In this document: in pieces, positions 18,010-28,181 of the stretch
Numbering within the stretch: position 1 is the stretch's first letter
How the letters are laid out: every line of letters starts with the position of its first letter
Source of the DNA: Candidatus Kapaibacterium sp.
GTDB taxonomy: Bacteria; Bacteroidota; Ignavibacteria; Kapaibacteriales; Kapaibacteriaceae
Direction of reading: 5' to 3'
Assembly: GCA_018883125.1 (NCBI GenBank)
Contig: VEQR01000006.1
Span: forward strand, 1 to 61,097
DNA length: 61,097 nt
The notes under the pieces: model-generated
Database searches by the model: none
The model's input: only the letters and a program-made list of their open reading frames with translations
Told to the model about the DNA's origin: nothing
Position numbers and translations under genes: made by a program

Positions 18010-19722
18010 TTAGTTGCCGAGCATGAAGTTTGGATACCGTTGCTGGAGCGCCCGATAGGCATACGAAACGATATCCTCGAGGCAACCTTCCGAGAATGGG
18101 GAGGTAAGTTTCCCATGCTCAACGATCCCCAGAAACGGCTTTGACCCCCCGATGTCGCAGATTGACAAGTACGAACCAAATGCCGTTGCACGATCTGTCT
18201 CCGACCACTTCCAGTACTGCAGTGCGCAGGTCTGGGCCAGGGCATAGTCGATGTAATAGAAGGGGCTTTCGTAGATATGACGCTGGAATTGCCAGACTCG
18301 GCCCTGCTCAGCTGCTAGGAAGCCTTCGGCGTTGCGCCACGGCATGTACATGCGCTCCATTTCGCGCCACTGCGCGTTGCGTTCTGCCGGAGTTGCCGAT
18401 GGGTTGGCGTAGATCCAATGCTGGAAGTGATCCACCGCGCAGCCATAGGGCAAGAACAGCAACGCCCCCTGTAGGTGATAGAACTTGAACTTTTCTGTCT
18501 GGTCCTCAAAGAATAGTTCCATCCACGGCCAGGTCAAAAACTCCATACCCATGGAGTGGATCTCGCAGGCCTCAGCCGTTGGCCAGAAGTACTCGGGGAC
18601 GGCCAGATTACGGCTCCGGTACGCCTGAAAAGCGTGACCGGCCTCGTGCGTCAGGACCTCGATGTCATGAGTGGTCTTGTTGAAGTTGGCAAAAATAAAG
18701 GGTAAACCGTAGGCACTGAAGCTTGTGCAGTAGCCGCCGGTGGCCTTGTTGTCTCGGCTCTTCAGGTCCATGAGCTCAGAGTCGAGCATTAGGCGGAAGA
18801 ACTCGTTGGTCTCGGCAGAAAGCTCACCGTACATCTTTTCAGCCCGCTCAACGATCCAGTCATGATCACCCGAGGCCACCGGATTGCCATCGATGAACTG
18901 CAGCTTTTCATCGGCAGTGGTCATCGTGCCGATTCCGAGGCGCAAGCCCTGCGCCTGGCGCAGTTTTGCGGCCAGAGGCACAACATGCTCGCGCACCTGC
19001 GCGCGGAATTTCTCTACGTCCTCAGCTGTGTAGTCTACGCGGCCAAACTCGATATACCGGAAGTTCGTGTACGAGTCGTAACCGAGCATGGAGGCCTTCT
19101 TGGCGCGAAGCTTCACGAGTTCATCGAAGATCGAATCGAGCTCGTCGGCATTCTTAAGGAGGAAATCTCCCATGGCCGTGTAGGCGCGATGACGGATCCC
19201 TGCATCGGGATCAATCACAAGACGGCCGATCGTTGAAAGGTTATAGGTCTGACCGTCGACGTCGATCTTGGCCGAAGCAGTAATCTCGTTGTAGCGGGTG
19301 GTGAGCTCCGATTCCTGCACAAGAAGATCCTTGATGGACGGCTCAAATGTGAGTGTCCAATTTTGCAGACGTGTCAGAAAAAGCTCGCCAAAGTGATCAG
19401 ACACCGCCTGACGATGCTTTGAGGCCAAAAGGGCTCTGGCAACAGTAATGTCGAGCTCAGTAAGTGACGGACCGTTCTCATCGAAGAACAGCTTCTCAGA
19501 TTTGGCATCAGCATCAGTCACGTTTTGCGTGAACTTCACCTCGGCCAACGACGCCATCGTGTAGGTGTCGATACGAGCGCGATTCCAGTCCGAAACACAT
19601 TGGATAATCTCGGCCGCAGATTCAGCCCCTTGAATGCGAGAAACAATGTCTGCAGTTGAAACGGTCAAGGCTGATAGATCAGGTCGACGGTAGGGAAGCT
19701 GTGAAAAGGTCATGGTTGCCAT
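18010..19722 (-). CDS. M3-family oligoendopeptidase (PepF-like)
   Basis: HEAGH zinc motif, ACEIHSM, GGYCT, PFYYIDY. Start reset to 19722 (or 19713) to avoid overlapping the TPR gene. Confidence 0.92.
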   Translation of the reverse strand: MATMTFSQLPYRRPDLSALTVSTADIVSRIQGAESAAEIIQCVSDWNRARIDTYTMASLAEVKFTQNVTDADAKSEKLFFDENGPSLTELDITVARALLASKHRQAVSDHFGELFLTRLQNWTLTFEPSIKDLLVQESELTTRYNEITASAKIDVDGQTYNLSTIGRLVIDPDAGIRHRAYTAMGDFLLKNADELDSIFDELVKLRAKKASMLGYDSYTNFRYIEFGRVDYTAEDVEKFRAQVREHVVPLAAKLRQAQGLRLGIGTMTTADEKLQFIDGNPVASGDHDWIVERAEKMYGELSAETNEFFRLMLDSELMDLKSRDNKATGGYCTSFSAYGLPFIFANFNKTTHDIEVLTHEAGHAFQAYRSRNLAVPEYFWPTAEACEIHSMGMEFLTWPWMELFFEDQTEKFKFYHLQGALLFLPYGCAVDHFQHWIYANPSATPAERNAQWREMERMYMPWRNAEGFLAAEQGRVWQFQRHIYESPFYYIDYALAQTCALQYWKWSETDRATAFGSYLSICDIGGSKPFLGIVEHGKLTSPFSEGCLEDIVSYAYRALQQRYPNFMLGN

Positions 19723-19753
19723 TGGGAACTTTGGTAAAGGAATTTGTTTTGGG

Positions 19754-21598
19754 TTACTTGCTATCACCGCGCAAACGACGGATCTGCTCGCGTGCATCCG
19801 GAACGATGATTGAACGGGGATAGTTGCGAAGGAGCGTTTCGAGAATCTGTGCCGCCCGAAGAGGTTCGTTACGTTTTGCCACAAGATCGGCATACATCCA
19901 GATCGCTCGGTCGCCGAAAATGGAGTCGGGGTTCATCTCGATGATCTTCTTCAGATGCTCACCGGCGCGAGCACTGTCTCCCACTTCAAGACAGCTCTTG
20001 GCGCAAAGGAGCAGTGAGCGATCACGCAGATCGAGATCGCGTATGCTCGAGATCACCGCCTCGAGTTCCTTGATCGCTTCGGCATGTCGCCTCCGCACAA
20101 CCATCCCCTCAGCTCGGGCAATTGCCTTTACGGACCCCGAATCGTCAAGTGCCAGATTCAGAAGAAGCATTCGGTCGATCGCATCATTCGAGGCAATCGA
20201 ACCGCTCGCTTCGGCAAGGGGCGAGTATAGCGCCTTTGCCGAATCGAGCTGGCCATTCCACAGGAGGATGTCGGCAAGCCGGATCTGCGCCATGTCGGCG
20301 CGGTCTCCCGCAAGCCCCTTGGGTGCAGTGATCACACCATTGAGGACCTCTCGTGCGCGATTATCCTGACCCATGGCGAGGTACATATCGGCTAGCCGTA
20401 GTGCCGCGTCAACAGAACGCGGTGATGCTTTCCAGGTGTTCATCAACCTCAACAGTCGATCACGTGCCGGGTCGATCTCGCGGAGCACATCATCGTAGAG
20501 CAAGCCACTGAAGTACAGCGCATCAGCCACGAGGGGGTTGTTACCGTATCGCGAGATGATGTCGTCATAACGGCGGATCACATCGCGTGCCTCGGTCGGT
20601 GTGATCGTCGTGGCTCCGCGCATGCGGAGCTCAAGGCTACGTACCGAGCCAAATGCGGCCGACATCACCATGTTGGCTTCTTTTGACCGACGCGCGACCT
20701 CGTCGTATGCCTGCAGTGCAACATCGTATTGTTCAGAGGAGCGCGCGCCTTCGGCGAACATCAACAGTTCACTACCGGGAACAGCCGAACGCTGATCTAG
20801 CTGCGAGATCACATCAAACGCATCCTTCCAACGCTTTGTTTCCCGGAAAAACCAGGCCGACAGGCGAAGATTCTTCACTACCGTTCGAGGCAGTTCGGCC
20901 AGACTTTCGGCGATAATGGTTTGCCCACCGTCAAAGGAAAGAAGCATACTCAGGCGTCGCTCTGCAGCTAACTCATCGCCGTCGTTAGAAAATGCCGCGA
21001 TAACGTCAGCAACGGCACCGGAAACATCACCGGATGCGGAACGGAGCTTGAAGACCTCGTCAGCATACGCGTTGGCCGAACCATTTCGGGTCCGCGCAGC
21101 AAGAAATGATTCAAGAGCATCAGCATGAAGAAACAACTCCATCTGATCCCTACCGATTCGTACAATCGTAGATTCATCATCATCAGAGAGAGACCGCGCC
21201 TTTTCCCACCATGAACGCGCATTATCGAGTTTATTCTGTCGAGCATAGAGCGTTCCGACGAGGATCGCATCATCGGGCGACTTTGTTGCGATTGCCTTCT
21301 TTTCGGCAAGGGGAAGAAGTGCCGCGTACTGACCAAGTCCACTCAGTGAGCGGACGACTCCACTGAAGTAGGAATCATTGCGCGGATCAGCAGCATGCAG
21401 CTCCTGGTACAACCGTGCAGCATTTCGGAAGTCGCCCGTGCGTTCATAGGCAGTTGCAATGCGGAACTTGTCCGAATCATCGAAGCGGGCACCGATAGCA
21501 GGCTCCGCAACAAAGGAGTTCGCGTAAACACCGGTCGAAAGAAGAACGCTCGTAACGATGTTCGTGCAAAGCATTGTCAGTACCATTCTTTCGATCAT
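19754..21598 (-). CDS. Exported tetratricopeptide-repeat protein
   Basis: Repeated TPR-like helices (A..YERTGDFRNAARLY, DALYFSGLLY, LLRNYPRS). Start at 21598 gives an ATGA overlap with the upstream gene. Confidence 0.8.
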   Translation of the reverse strand: MIERMVLTMLCTNIVTSVLLSTGVYANSFVAEPAIGARFDDSDKFRIATAYERTGDFRNAARLYQELHAADPRNDSYFSGVVRSLSGLGQYAALLPLAEKKAIATKSPDDAILVGTLYARQNKLDNARSWWEKARSLSDDDESTIVRIGRDQMELFLHADALESFLAARTRNGSANAYADEVFKLRSASGDVSGAVADVIAAFSNDGDELAAERRLSMLLSFDGGQTIIAESLAELPRTVVKNLRLSAWFFRETKRWKDAFDVISQLDQRSAVPGSELLMFAEGARSSEQYDVALQAYDEVARRSKEANMVMSAAFGSVRSLELRMRGATTITPTEARDVIRRYDDIISRYGNNPLVADALYFSGLLYDDVLREIDPARDRLLRLMNTWKASPRSVDAALRLADMYLAMGQDNRAREVLNGVITAPKGLAGDRADMAQIRLADILLWNGQLDSAKALYSPLAEASGSIASNDAIDRMLLLNLALDDSGSVKAIARAEGMVVRRRHAEAIKELEAVISSIRDLDLRDRSLLLCAKSCLEVGDSARAGEHLKKIIEMNPDSIFGDRAIWMYADLVAKRNEPLRAAQILETLLRNYPRSIIVPDAREQIRRLRGDSK

Positions 21599-22800
21599 AC
21601 AGACCAACCCTGCGACATCAATGGAAGGACGCGCTGTTGTATTGGTTCACTCGGCACAAGTACCTGCTGGTCGTGTGTGATGATCACATCGATCTCCGTG
21701 CGCAAACCCAGAACATCAGGAATGTACATGCCCGGCTCAATGGAGAACGATGTCCCCGGCAGAATCCGTCTCGTGTCATGTGTCTCGAAGTCATCCATGT
21801 TTGCACCCGGACCGTGCACTTGTGTTGTAATGTTATGACCGGTTCGATGTATAAATGCATGCCCCATACCGGAAGCATCGATGACGCCTCTGCAGGCACG
21901 GTCGACTTCGAATCCGGAAACAGGTGTTGCTGATGCAAACCTATCACGGACAAGTTGGAGTGCTTCATCTCTTCCACGACGAATGATCGCGAAGCTCGAT
22001 TCGACGTCGTCGGGAACAACTTCTCCCGTGTACCCAACCCAGGTAATGTCGGCAAAGACCGACCCCGGAGCATCATGTCGGCACCAGGCGTCGATAAGGA
22101 CGACCATCTCCGGCTCGATATCACTGCTAACAAGGCGCGTAGGTGCGTAATGGGGCGACGCCGCGTTTGGGCCGATCGCCACGATCGGAGCAGCGTCTGT
22201 GGTTAGCCCCTTACGCTGAAACTCCGACATGATGAACGACTGCACGTCGTACTCTGAGACACGTCCCTTGCGTTCGATGGACTTCCGAATGAAACCGAAG
22301 GCATCCATCACGGTCTCACGGAGCTGCCCGGCCGCTACGCAAGCACCGGCGATCTGATCCTCGCTAAGCACGCTGGTGAACTCCTGCAGCATATCGGCCG
22401 AACTGACAACTTCGACACCGAAGGAGCGAATCAGCTCCACAATGCCGGCATCAACCTTGCTGATCACCGGCAGGCGCCCCATGGGAGAATACTCCATCGC
22501 TACCTGCGTGAAGGGGGCCAAGTGCTCCTGAACAATGCGCTCCCAGGAATCCCGTGTGTCGTACACTACTGCGTGGATGTCTAGGTGCGCCAAAGGATTC
22601 TGCTCCATTCGATGAGTGATCTTCACCGGACGTCCTTTCGCCGGAACGATTACCATCCATCGCCTTGTGCAGTGAGCATTAGGTTCGAGTTGCAGGATGT
22701 TCCATGCAAGTTCATTCGAGTGACGCATGTCATAGAGCACCCACGCGTCAATGTTGTTGGTTGCAACGGAGCGTTGCAATTCGCTAAAGAGGGCATTCAT
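21595..22800 (-). CDS. M24-family Xaa-Pro aminopeptidase
   Basis: PHY, LIDAW, FADIT, HRTGH, SIEPG and RTE metal-ligand motifs. Confidence 0.9.
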   Translation of the reverse strand: MNALFSELQRSVATNNIDAWVLYDMRHSNELAWNILQLEPNAHCTRRWMVIVPAKGRPVKITHRMEQNPLAHLDIHAVVYDTRDSWERIVQEHLAPFTQVAMEYSPMGRLPVISKVDAGIVELIRSFGVEVVSSADMLQEFTSVLSEDQIAGACVAAGQLRETVMDAFGFIRKSIERKGRVSEYDVQSFIMSEFQRKGLTTDAAPIVAIGPNAASPHYAPTRLVSSDIEPEMVVLIDAWCRHDAPGSVFADITWVGYTGEVVPDDVESSFAIIRRGRDEALQLVRDRFASATPVSGFEVDRACRGVIDASGMGHAFIHRTGHNITTQVHGPGANMDDFETHDTRRILPGTSFSIEPGMYIPDVLGLRTEIDVIITHDQQVLVPSEPIQQRVLPLMSQGWSV

Positions 22801-23795
22801 TGTACCTCCGTGATCAACATCTGAATTCTGTCCAGCAGACGATGAACGCCCAGACTTGGTGCCATCCTTCCCAGTACGGATTGTTCCCTGGCCACATCAC
22901 ATGCTGACCGAAACTCCTGCATGGCAAGTAGTCGCTGCAACATTTCAGAACTCAGCACACGATCAAACCATTCGCCACGCTGTTGGCGTCGCTGATGGTC
23001 GATCGTGGCGGCACGTGTGTTGTCAAAGAATCGATGGAGCGCATCGATCACGGTATCAAAGCCATCGCCGGTGGCATTACTAACCACGTGAACAGGTGTT
23101 TGCCAGTCTGATGCCGTAGGGATCATGTACCGCAGTGCACTTGTGATCTGGGCCGCCGACCGTTTCGATGCAGCCGCATCGAGATCGGATTTTGTCACGA
23201 CCACGGCATGCGCCACTTCCATGATCCCACGCTTGATACCCTGCACATCATCGCCGCTGTTGGGTAAAGCCAGAAGCAGGAACATGTCGACCATTGTTGC
23301 AACGTCGATCTCGCTCTGCCCCACACCAACCGTCTCGATGATGATCGTGTCGAAACCTGCCTGTTCACACAAGACGATGGCATCGCGTGTGCTGGGTGCA
23401 GCGCCCCCTAGGGTTGCTTTGGATGGGGTAGGTCGAATGAAAGCGTTGGCGCGCTGCCCCAACTCCAGCATCCGAACCTTGTCACCAAGGATGCTGCCGC
23501 CACTGCGACGGCTACTTGGATCGACTGCCAGAACGGCTACACTTCGTCCGGTATCGGTAAGAATGCAGCCAAGACGTTCGATGAATGTGCTCTTTCCCAC
23601 TCCCGGTGGACCTGTACAACCGATCCTCCATGACGGATTGGGCTGGTGCTGACAGCGCTCCAGGAGAGCATAAGCTAGTTCTCGATCGGCCGGAAGCGAG
23701 CTCTCAAGAAGCGAGAGACTGCGCGCCAACGCACGGCGCTGACCACGGCGAATATCTGCATACAGAGAATCGGCTGTTTCGATGGTCGAAGACAC
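22797..23795 (-). CDS. meaB: Methylmalonyl-CoA mutase-associated GTPase MeaB/ArgK
   Basis: GPPGVGKST, AVDPSS, GGSILGDK, ETVGVGQSE, QGIKRGIME. Confidence 0.93.
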   Translation of the reverse strand: MSSTIETADSLYADIRRGQRRALARSLSLLESSLPADRELAYALLERCQHQPNPSWRIGCTGPPGVGKSTFIERLGCILTDTGRSVAVLAVDPSSRRSGGSILGDKVRMLELGQRANAFIRPTPSKATLGGAAPSTRDAIVLCEQAGFDTIIIETVGVGQSEIDVATMVDMFLLLALPNSGDDVQGIKRGIMEVAHAVVVTKSDLDAAASKRSAAQITSALRYMIPTASDWQTPVHVVSNATGDGFDTVIDALHRFFDNTRAATIDHQRRQQRGEWFDRVLSSEMLQRLLAMQEFRSACDVAREQSVLGRMAPSLGVHRLLDRIQMLITEVQ

Positions 23796-23798
23796 GGC

Positions 23799-25631
23799 TT
23801 ACTCCACCGTGACGCTCTTGGCAAGATTCCGTGGCATGTCAACATTGCACCCACGTTCTACAGCAATGTAATAGGCAAGCAGCTGCAACGGAATCGACGT
23901 CAGGATCGGCGTTAGCATCGCAAGGGTCTTGGGAACGCGGATGACGTGTGTTGCCACATCGGCAATGCGATCATCGTCGGCATCGGCAATGGCGATCACC
24001 TGACCGTTACGGGCCCGAACTTCCTCGATATTCGAGCGAATCTTATCGTAGATCTCGTCCCTCGGAGCGATGAACACCACCGGCATGTTCTCGTCAATAA
24101 GTGCAATCGGGCCGTGTTTCATCTCGGCAGCGGGATACCCCTCGGCATGGATGTAGGATATCTCCTTGAGCTTCAGGGCGCCTTCAAGAGCGGCAGGGAA
24201 GTTGACACCGCGACCTAGGTACAGGAAGTTCGACGCCCCGGCGTACTGTTTTGCTATGGCCCGAATCGGCTCTACGTTGTCCAGTATCCGCGTGATGTGC
24301 TCTGGGATCATCTCTAGTTCGCGAGCGATCTCCTTACCCTGCTCGGCGGACACGTTTCTCATGCGTCCCAGGTACAGGGCAAACTGCGCAAGAACGCACA
24401 GTTGCGATGTAAAGGCCTTGGTGGACGCAACACCGATCTCGGGACCGGCATGCAGATATACCCCGGCATCTGTTTCGCGGGCAATGGTACTTCCTACGAC
24501 ATTGACCATGCCGATTACCGTAGCACCCTTCAACTTAGCCTCGCGGATTGCGGCAAGTGTGTCTGCTGTTTCACCACTCTGAGAAATGGCAATGACAACG
24601 TCATCTGGGTTGATGATCGGATTCCGATAGCGGAATTCGCTGGCATATTCTACTTCAACCGGAATACGCGCCAGGGTCTCAATGAGGTACTCACCGACAA
24701 GCCCAGCATGCCATGAGGTGCCACAAGCCGTAATGATAAACCGTGGCGCAGATCGAAGCTTTTCGGCTACGCTGGCAAGGCCACCGAGACGAACAGTTCC
24801 GTCCTCGGAGCGGAGTCGACCTCGAAATCCATCACGAAAGGTGATGGGTTGCTCGTAGATCTCTTTGAGCATAAAGTGTTCAAAGCCACCACGCTCGATC
24901 TGCTCGAGCTCGAAGGCAATCTCCTCGACCACGCTGCGAGTGTCCACATTTTCGATGGTCTTCGTTGCAAATCCGTCCCGACGAAGAATGGCCATCTCAT
25001 TTTCTTGCAGGTACACCACCTGCCGCGTGTGCGAGATCACCGCCGAGGCATCCGAGGCAACAAGGTACTCACCATTTCCAATGCCCAGGATCAGGGGGCT
25101 GCCACGCCGGGCCGCAATGATCATGTCGGGCTCATGGGAGCTGACGACGACTATACCAAACGTTCCTTCAACTTCAGCCAGAGCGGTGCGGACGGAAAGC
25201 TCAAGATCATTCAGCGTCTCGTAGAGCATGCCGATAAAGACCGCCAGAACTTCGCTATCAGTATCCGACTGGAAGGTATATCCGGCATTGAGCAGCTTCT
25301 TTTTAATCGTGAGGTAGTTCTCGATGATGCCGTTATGGACAAGCCCGATCGACCCGCTCATGTCCATGTGCGGATGCGCATTGACGTCATTGGGAACACC
25401 ATGAGTGGCCCACCGCGTGTGGCCCACGCCCACAGTACCATCGAGAGCGTGCACGTCGCTGGCACGTTCGAGGTCGACAACGCGCCCGGCCTTTTTAGCT
25501 ATGCCAAGTCCGTCGGGCGTGATACAGCAGATGCCCGCAGAATCATACCCGCGGTATTCGAGACGCTTCAGGCCGCTGATGATCAGCGGAGCGGCCGGCT
25601 TAGAGCCGATATATCCAACGATTCCACACAT
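23799..25631 (-). CDS. glmS: Glutamine-fructose-6-phosphate aminotransferase
   Basis: MCGIVG, LEYRGYDSAG, GHTRWATHG, SQSGETADT, PRNLAKSVTVE. Confidence 0.98.
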   Translation of the reverse strand: MCGIVGYIGSKPAAPLIISGLKRLEYRGYDSAGICCITPDGLGIAKKAGRVVDLERASDVHALDGTVGVGHTRWATHGVPNDVNAHPHMDMSGSIGLVHNGIIENYLTIKKKLLNAGYTFQSDTDSEVLAVFIGMLYETLNDLELSVRTALAEVEGTFGIVVVSSHEPDMIIAARRGSPLILGIGNGEYLVASDASAVISHTRQVVYLQENEMAILRRDGFATKTIENVDTRSVVEEIAFELEQIERGGFEHFMLKEIYEQPITFRDGFRGRLRSEDGTVRLGGLASVAEKLRSAPRFIITACGTSWHAGLVGEYLIETLARIPVEVEYASEFRYRNPIINPDDVVIAISQSGETADTLAAIREAKLKGATVIGMVNVVGSTIARETDAGVYLHAGPEIGVASTKAFTSQLCVLAQFALYLGRMRNVSAEQGKEIARELEMIPEHITRILDNVEPIRAIAKQYAGASNFLYLGRGVNFPAALEGALKLKEISYIHAEGYPAAEMKHGPIALIDENMPVVFIAPRDEIYDKIRSNIEEVRARNGQVIAIADADDDRIADVATHVIRVPKTLAMLTPILTSIPLQLLAYYIAVERGCNVDMPRNLAKSVTVE

Positions 25632-25634
25632 GGG

Positions 25635-25643
25635 CGCAAGTTA
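25635..25643 (-). promoter_or_regulatory. Putative -7 promoter box TAACTTGCG, 12 nt before the glmS ATG (leaderless)
   Basis: Minus strand CGTAACTTGCGCCC-ATG. Confidence 0.5.
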
Positions 25644-25652
25644 CGGAGTCAA

Positions 25653-28181
25653 CTACCGATACAACGGCGTTGATTGTTTCGGAATAACAAGGTCTCGAAG
25701 TTGCGTGGCCGACGCACCAAAGCGCAGGAAGAACCCCCGATTGAATCCAAGGGGCACCCAGTTCAGGGTGAGATACCAGCAGTGGATCTGCTTTGATAGG
25801 TCAATAATCGGATTCAAAACGGTGCCTGTGAGAAGATCGATGGTGCCCGACACCCCCATGCGCGTTGTTGGAGTGAGTGAAAGCGACCCTCGAATAACAG
25901 CGTTGAGCGACTGCGACGTCATATCCGGATTAGGCTGCGACAAGCTGTAGATGAGCTGTCCCGAAACCTCCCATGGCATGTCAAGGGGCGTCCAGCCGGG
26001 ACTCTGATCACCAAACACGTCCGATATAGACTGCTCAGAGTTCAGGCGGCTGTCGAAACGCGATCGAAGATCGCGCGTTGACGTTGATGTGTCGTCAGTT
26101 CGACGATCACTTCGCGTTGGACTTGCACCTGACGAGCTGAAACGTGATCCCACCTGCAGATTTAGGCTGGTAAGCCGGGCAAGCCCCTTGCCAGCGCCCA
26201 GAACTGTGGAGTTGATCTCACGCCATGTCTCGCGACCGGTTGCGGGATCTGGCGTCTTGACCTGGTCATACGGATTCAGTGTGCCGCTTAGATTGAACTC
26301 CAGTGCGTCCAGCATGGGCGTGCGAAAGTTGAAGAACACCGGTGAAAGACCTAGCGAGTCTGCTGCCAGATTATACGATGTGCTCAACGTAAGCGTAAAT
26401 ATTTCCAAAGGCTTACCAACAGTGTCAGCGTCCATCGACTTGATGGATACGCGGTTGAGGAACGATCCTGTGAGGAGCATTTGCGTCTGGCGAGAGGCAA
26501 GACCGCCCACACTCCCAAAGCGCTGGTAGGAGACTGTCTGACCGGTAACGGGGCTAGTGTACTGTCCAAAGAATCCGAGAGTCGTGTCCGACTGATCCGG
26601 AACATACGTCAATCCGATGTTGGGTTGTAGCGTGTGCCGAATGGCCTGAATGCCAAGCACTTTGGGGTAGGCCAGACCGTAGAGAAAGGTAGAGACATTT
26701 ACTCCCATTCCGTAGGTGTACTCGCGAAAAAAGCCCGATTCTCGGGATGTCTGTACCGTGCTATCAGCAGGATTAACGCTCTGGGTGTAGCGTTGGAAAT
26801 ACCAGTTTTCGGAGTAAGTGATCGACGGGGCAACAATCAGATTGCCAAGCTTGGGCGTCAACGTCAACGATGGCCGATGCTCGACGACAGAAGATTCACT
26901 TACCCGAAATGCACCGGTGTCAGCAGATCTCTGCGCGCTCGCAGTATAGCGCCCAGTGGCGCGATAGGAGAATTGCACCTCCGAAAGCCATGAATCGGCG
27001 TCGACCATTGACTTGAACGGCTGCAACTGAGGTATACTGAAATTGACAACGGGGCTCTGTGTAGTTGAACCGTTGATCAGATTCTGGTCCCGCGTATAAC
27101 CTGCATTGAAGGTCATTCCATTGTAGAACGTCCGCTGGTAGGACACATTACTTCGGGCATTCTGCCTAACGCGGTCATTTGGATTCAACGACGTATTCTG
27201 CAACAGCCGCTGAGTTCCGTAGAAAATGTCGGCCACAATGTTCTCACCCGGCCGCAACTGCTGAGAGTGGGAGAGCTGCAGACCAAGGTTCGTGGCAAAG
27301 GGATCGGTCACCGCGAACCTCGTGTAGCCAAAGCGCACCTCGGCCCGCCCCTGCATACGGTCGCGGACAACGTATTGCCCCCTTCCGTACAGAGTGAAAC
27401 CGCCTTTGGTGGTAAGGTCCGTTGTTAACTCCGCATCTACGTAGTCGCTGATCGCAAAGTAGTATCCGAGATTCTGCAGCACCACACCACGATCCGCGGT
27501 TACCACCGGCGAGGGAACAATGATGCCCGAGCGACGTCCCTGCTCAATGGGGAAGTACATTCCAAGCGGAAGAGCGAAAATGGGAATGTCGTCAACATAC
27601 CAGATGAGCGGATCGAGGAAGATCTTCTCGTTGGCCACCACCTTCATCTTTGGTGACGTAAAGTAAAAATGTGGATGGGGGGCGTCGCATGTGGTGTAAC
27701 ACCCACCATCGACAAATGCCGTTTTTTCATCGACGCGCTTTATGGCTGAACCGTAGTAATACCCACCTTCAACCGACGTTTCACCAAACTCAACTCGGCC
27801 CTTGCGAGTCTCGAAATTGTACACCATCGACTTACCCGCATACTCGGTGGCACCATCACGAAACATCGGGAAGCCACTGATCAAGCCACTCGAGTCGCGC
27901 ACCCCTTCGGCCTTCATGGTGGCGGCGCTGAAATCGATGACGATTCGACTGGATTCGAGGCGCTGCTCTCGCATGTCAACACGCGCGTCCCCGCGCAGCG
28001 TCAGGGTGCGATCCTTTACACGCAGATGGGCACTGTCACGCGCCGTGAATACAACGACAGTATCACTGCCGCCGGTCTCTGCTGGGACCGACACCCTCGC
28101 GGTATCCTGCGCCAATAGCCCACCACCAATCAGGTGAAGACACACAAGACAAAGCAGTGGTATGTGCGCCGCCGGTGGCAT
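25653..28181 (-). CDS. lptD: LPS-assembly protein LptD (FCB type)
   Basis: OstA-like N-terminus, YTTCDAPHPHFY, RRSGII.P, GYYFAISDY, C-terminal IHCW..L.W.P beta-barrel end. Confidence 0.88.
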   Translation of the reverse strand: MPPAAHIPLLCLVCLHLIGGGLLAQDTARVSVPAETGGSDTVVVFTARDSAHLRVKDRTLTLRGDARVDMREQRLESSRIVIDFSAATMKAEGVRDSSGLISGFPMFRDGATEYAGKSMVYNFETRKGRVEFGETSVEGGYYYGSAIKRVDEKTAFVDGGCYTTCDAPHPHFYFTSPKMKVVANEKIFLDPLIWYVDDIPIFALPLGMYFPIEQGRRSGIIVPSPVVTADRGVVLQNLGYYFAISDYVDAELTTDLTTKGGFTLYGRGQYVVRDRMQGRAEVRFGYTRFAVTDPFATNLGLQLSHSQQLRPGENIVADIFYGTQRLLQNTSLNPNDRVRQNARSNVSYQRTFYNGMTFNAGYTRDQNLINGSTTQSPVVNFSIPQLQPFKSMVDADSWLSEVQFSYRATGRYTASAQRSADTGAFRVSESSVVEHRPSLTLTPKLGNLIVAPSITYSENWYFQRYTQSVNPADSTVQTSRESGFFREYTYGMGVNVSTFLYGLAYPKVLGIQAIRHTLQPNIGLTYVPDQSDTTLGFFGQYTSPVTGQTVSYQRFGSVGGLASRQTQMLLTGSFLNRVSIKSMDADTVGKPLEIFTLTLSTSYNLAADSLGLSPVFFNFRTPMLDALEFNLSGTLNPYDQVKTPDPATGRETWREINSTVLGAGKGLARLTSLNLQVGSRFSSSGASPTRSDRRTDDTSTSTRDLRSRFDSRLNSEQSISDVFGDQSPGWTPLDMPWEVSGQLIYSLSQPNPDMTSQSLNAVIRGSLSLTPTTRMGVSGTIDLLTGTVLNPIIDLSKQIHCWYLTLNWVPLGFNRGFFLRFGASATQLRDLVIPKQSTPLYR

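Noticed and set aside
19723-19893. Apparent 140-bp overlap of the M3 peptidase and TPR genes
   Set aside because: Artefact of longest-ORF calling; the peptidase plausibly starts at 19722 or 19713.
25632-25652. Possible glmS ribozyme
   Set aside because: Only 21 nt separate lptD and glmS, so there is no room; a promoter box abuts the start instead.
24849-25673. 274-aa ORF antisense to glmS
   Set aside because: Typical antisense open frame of a conserved, codon-biased gene.
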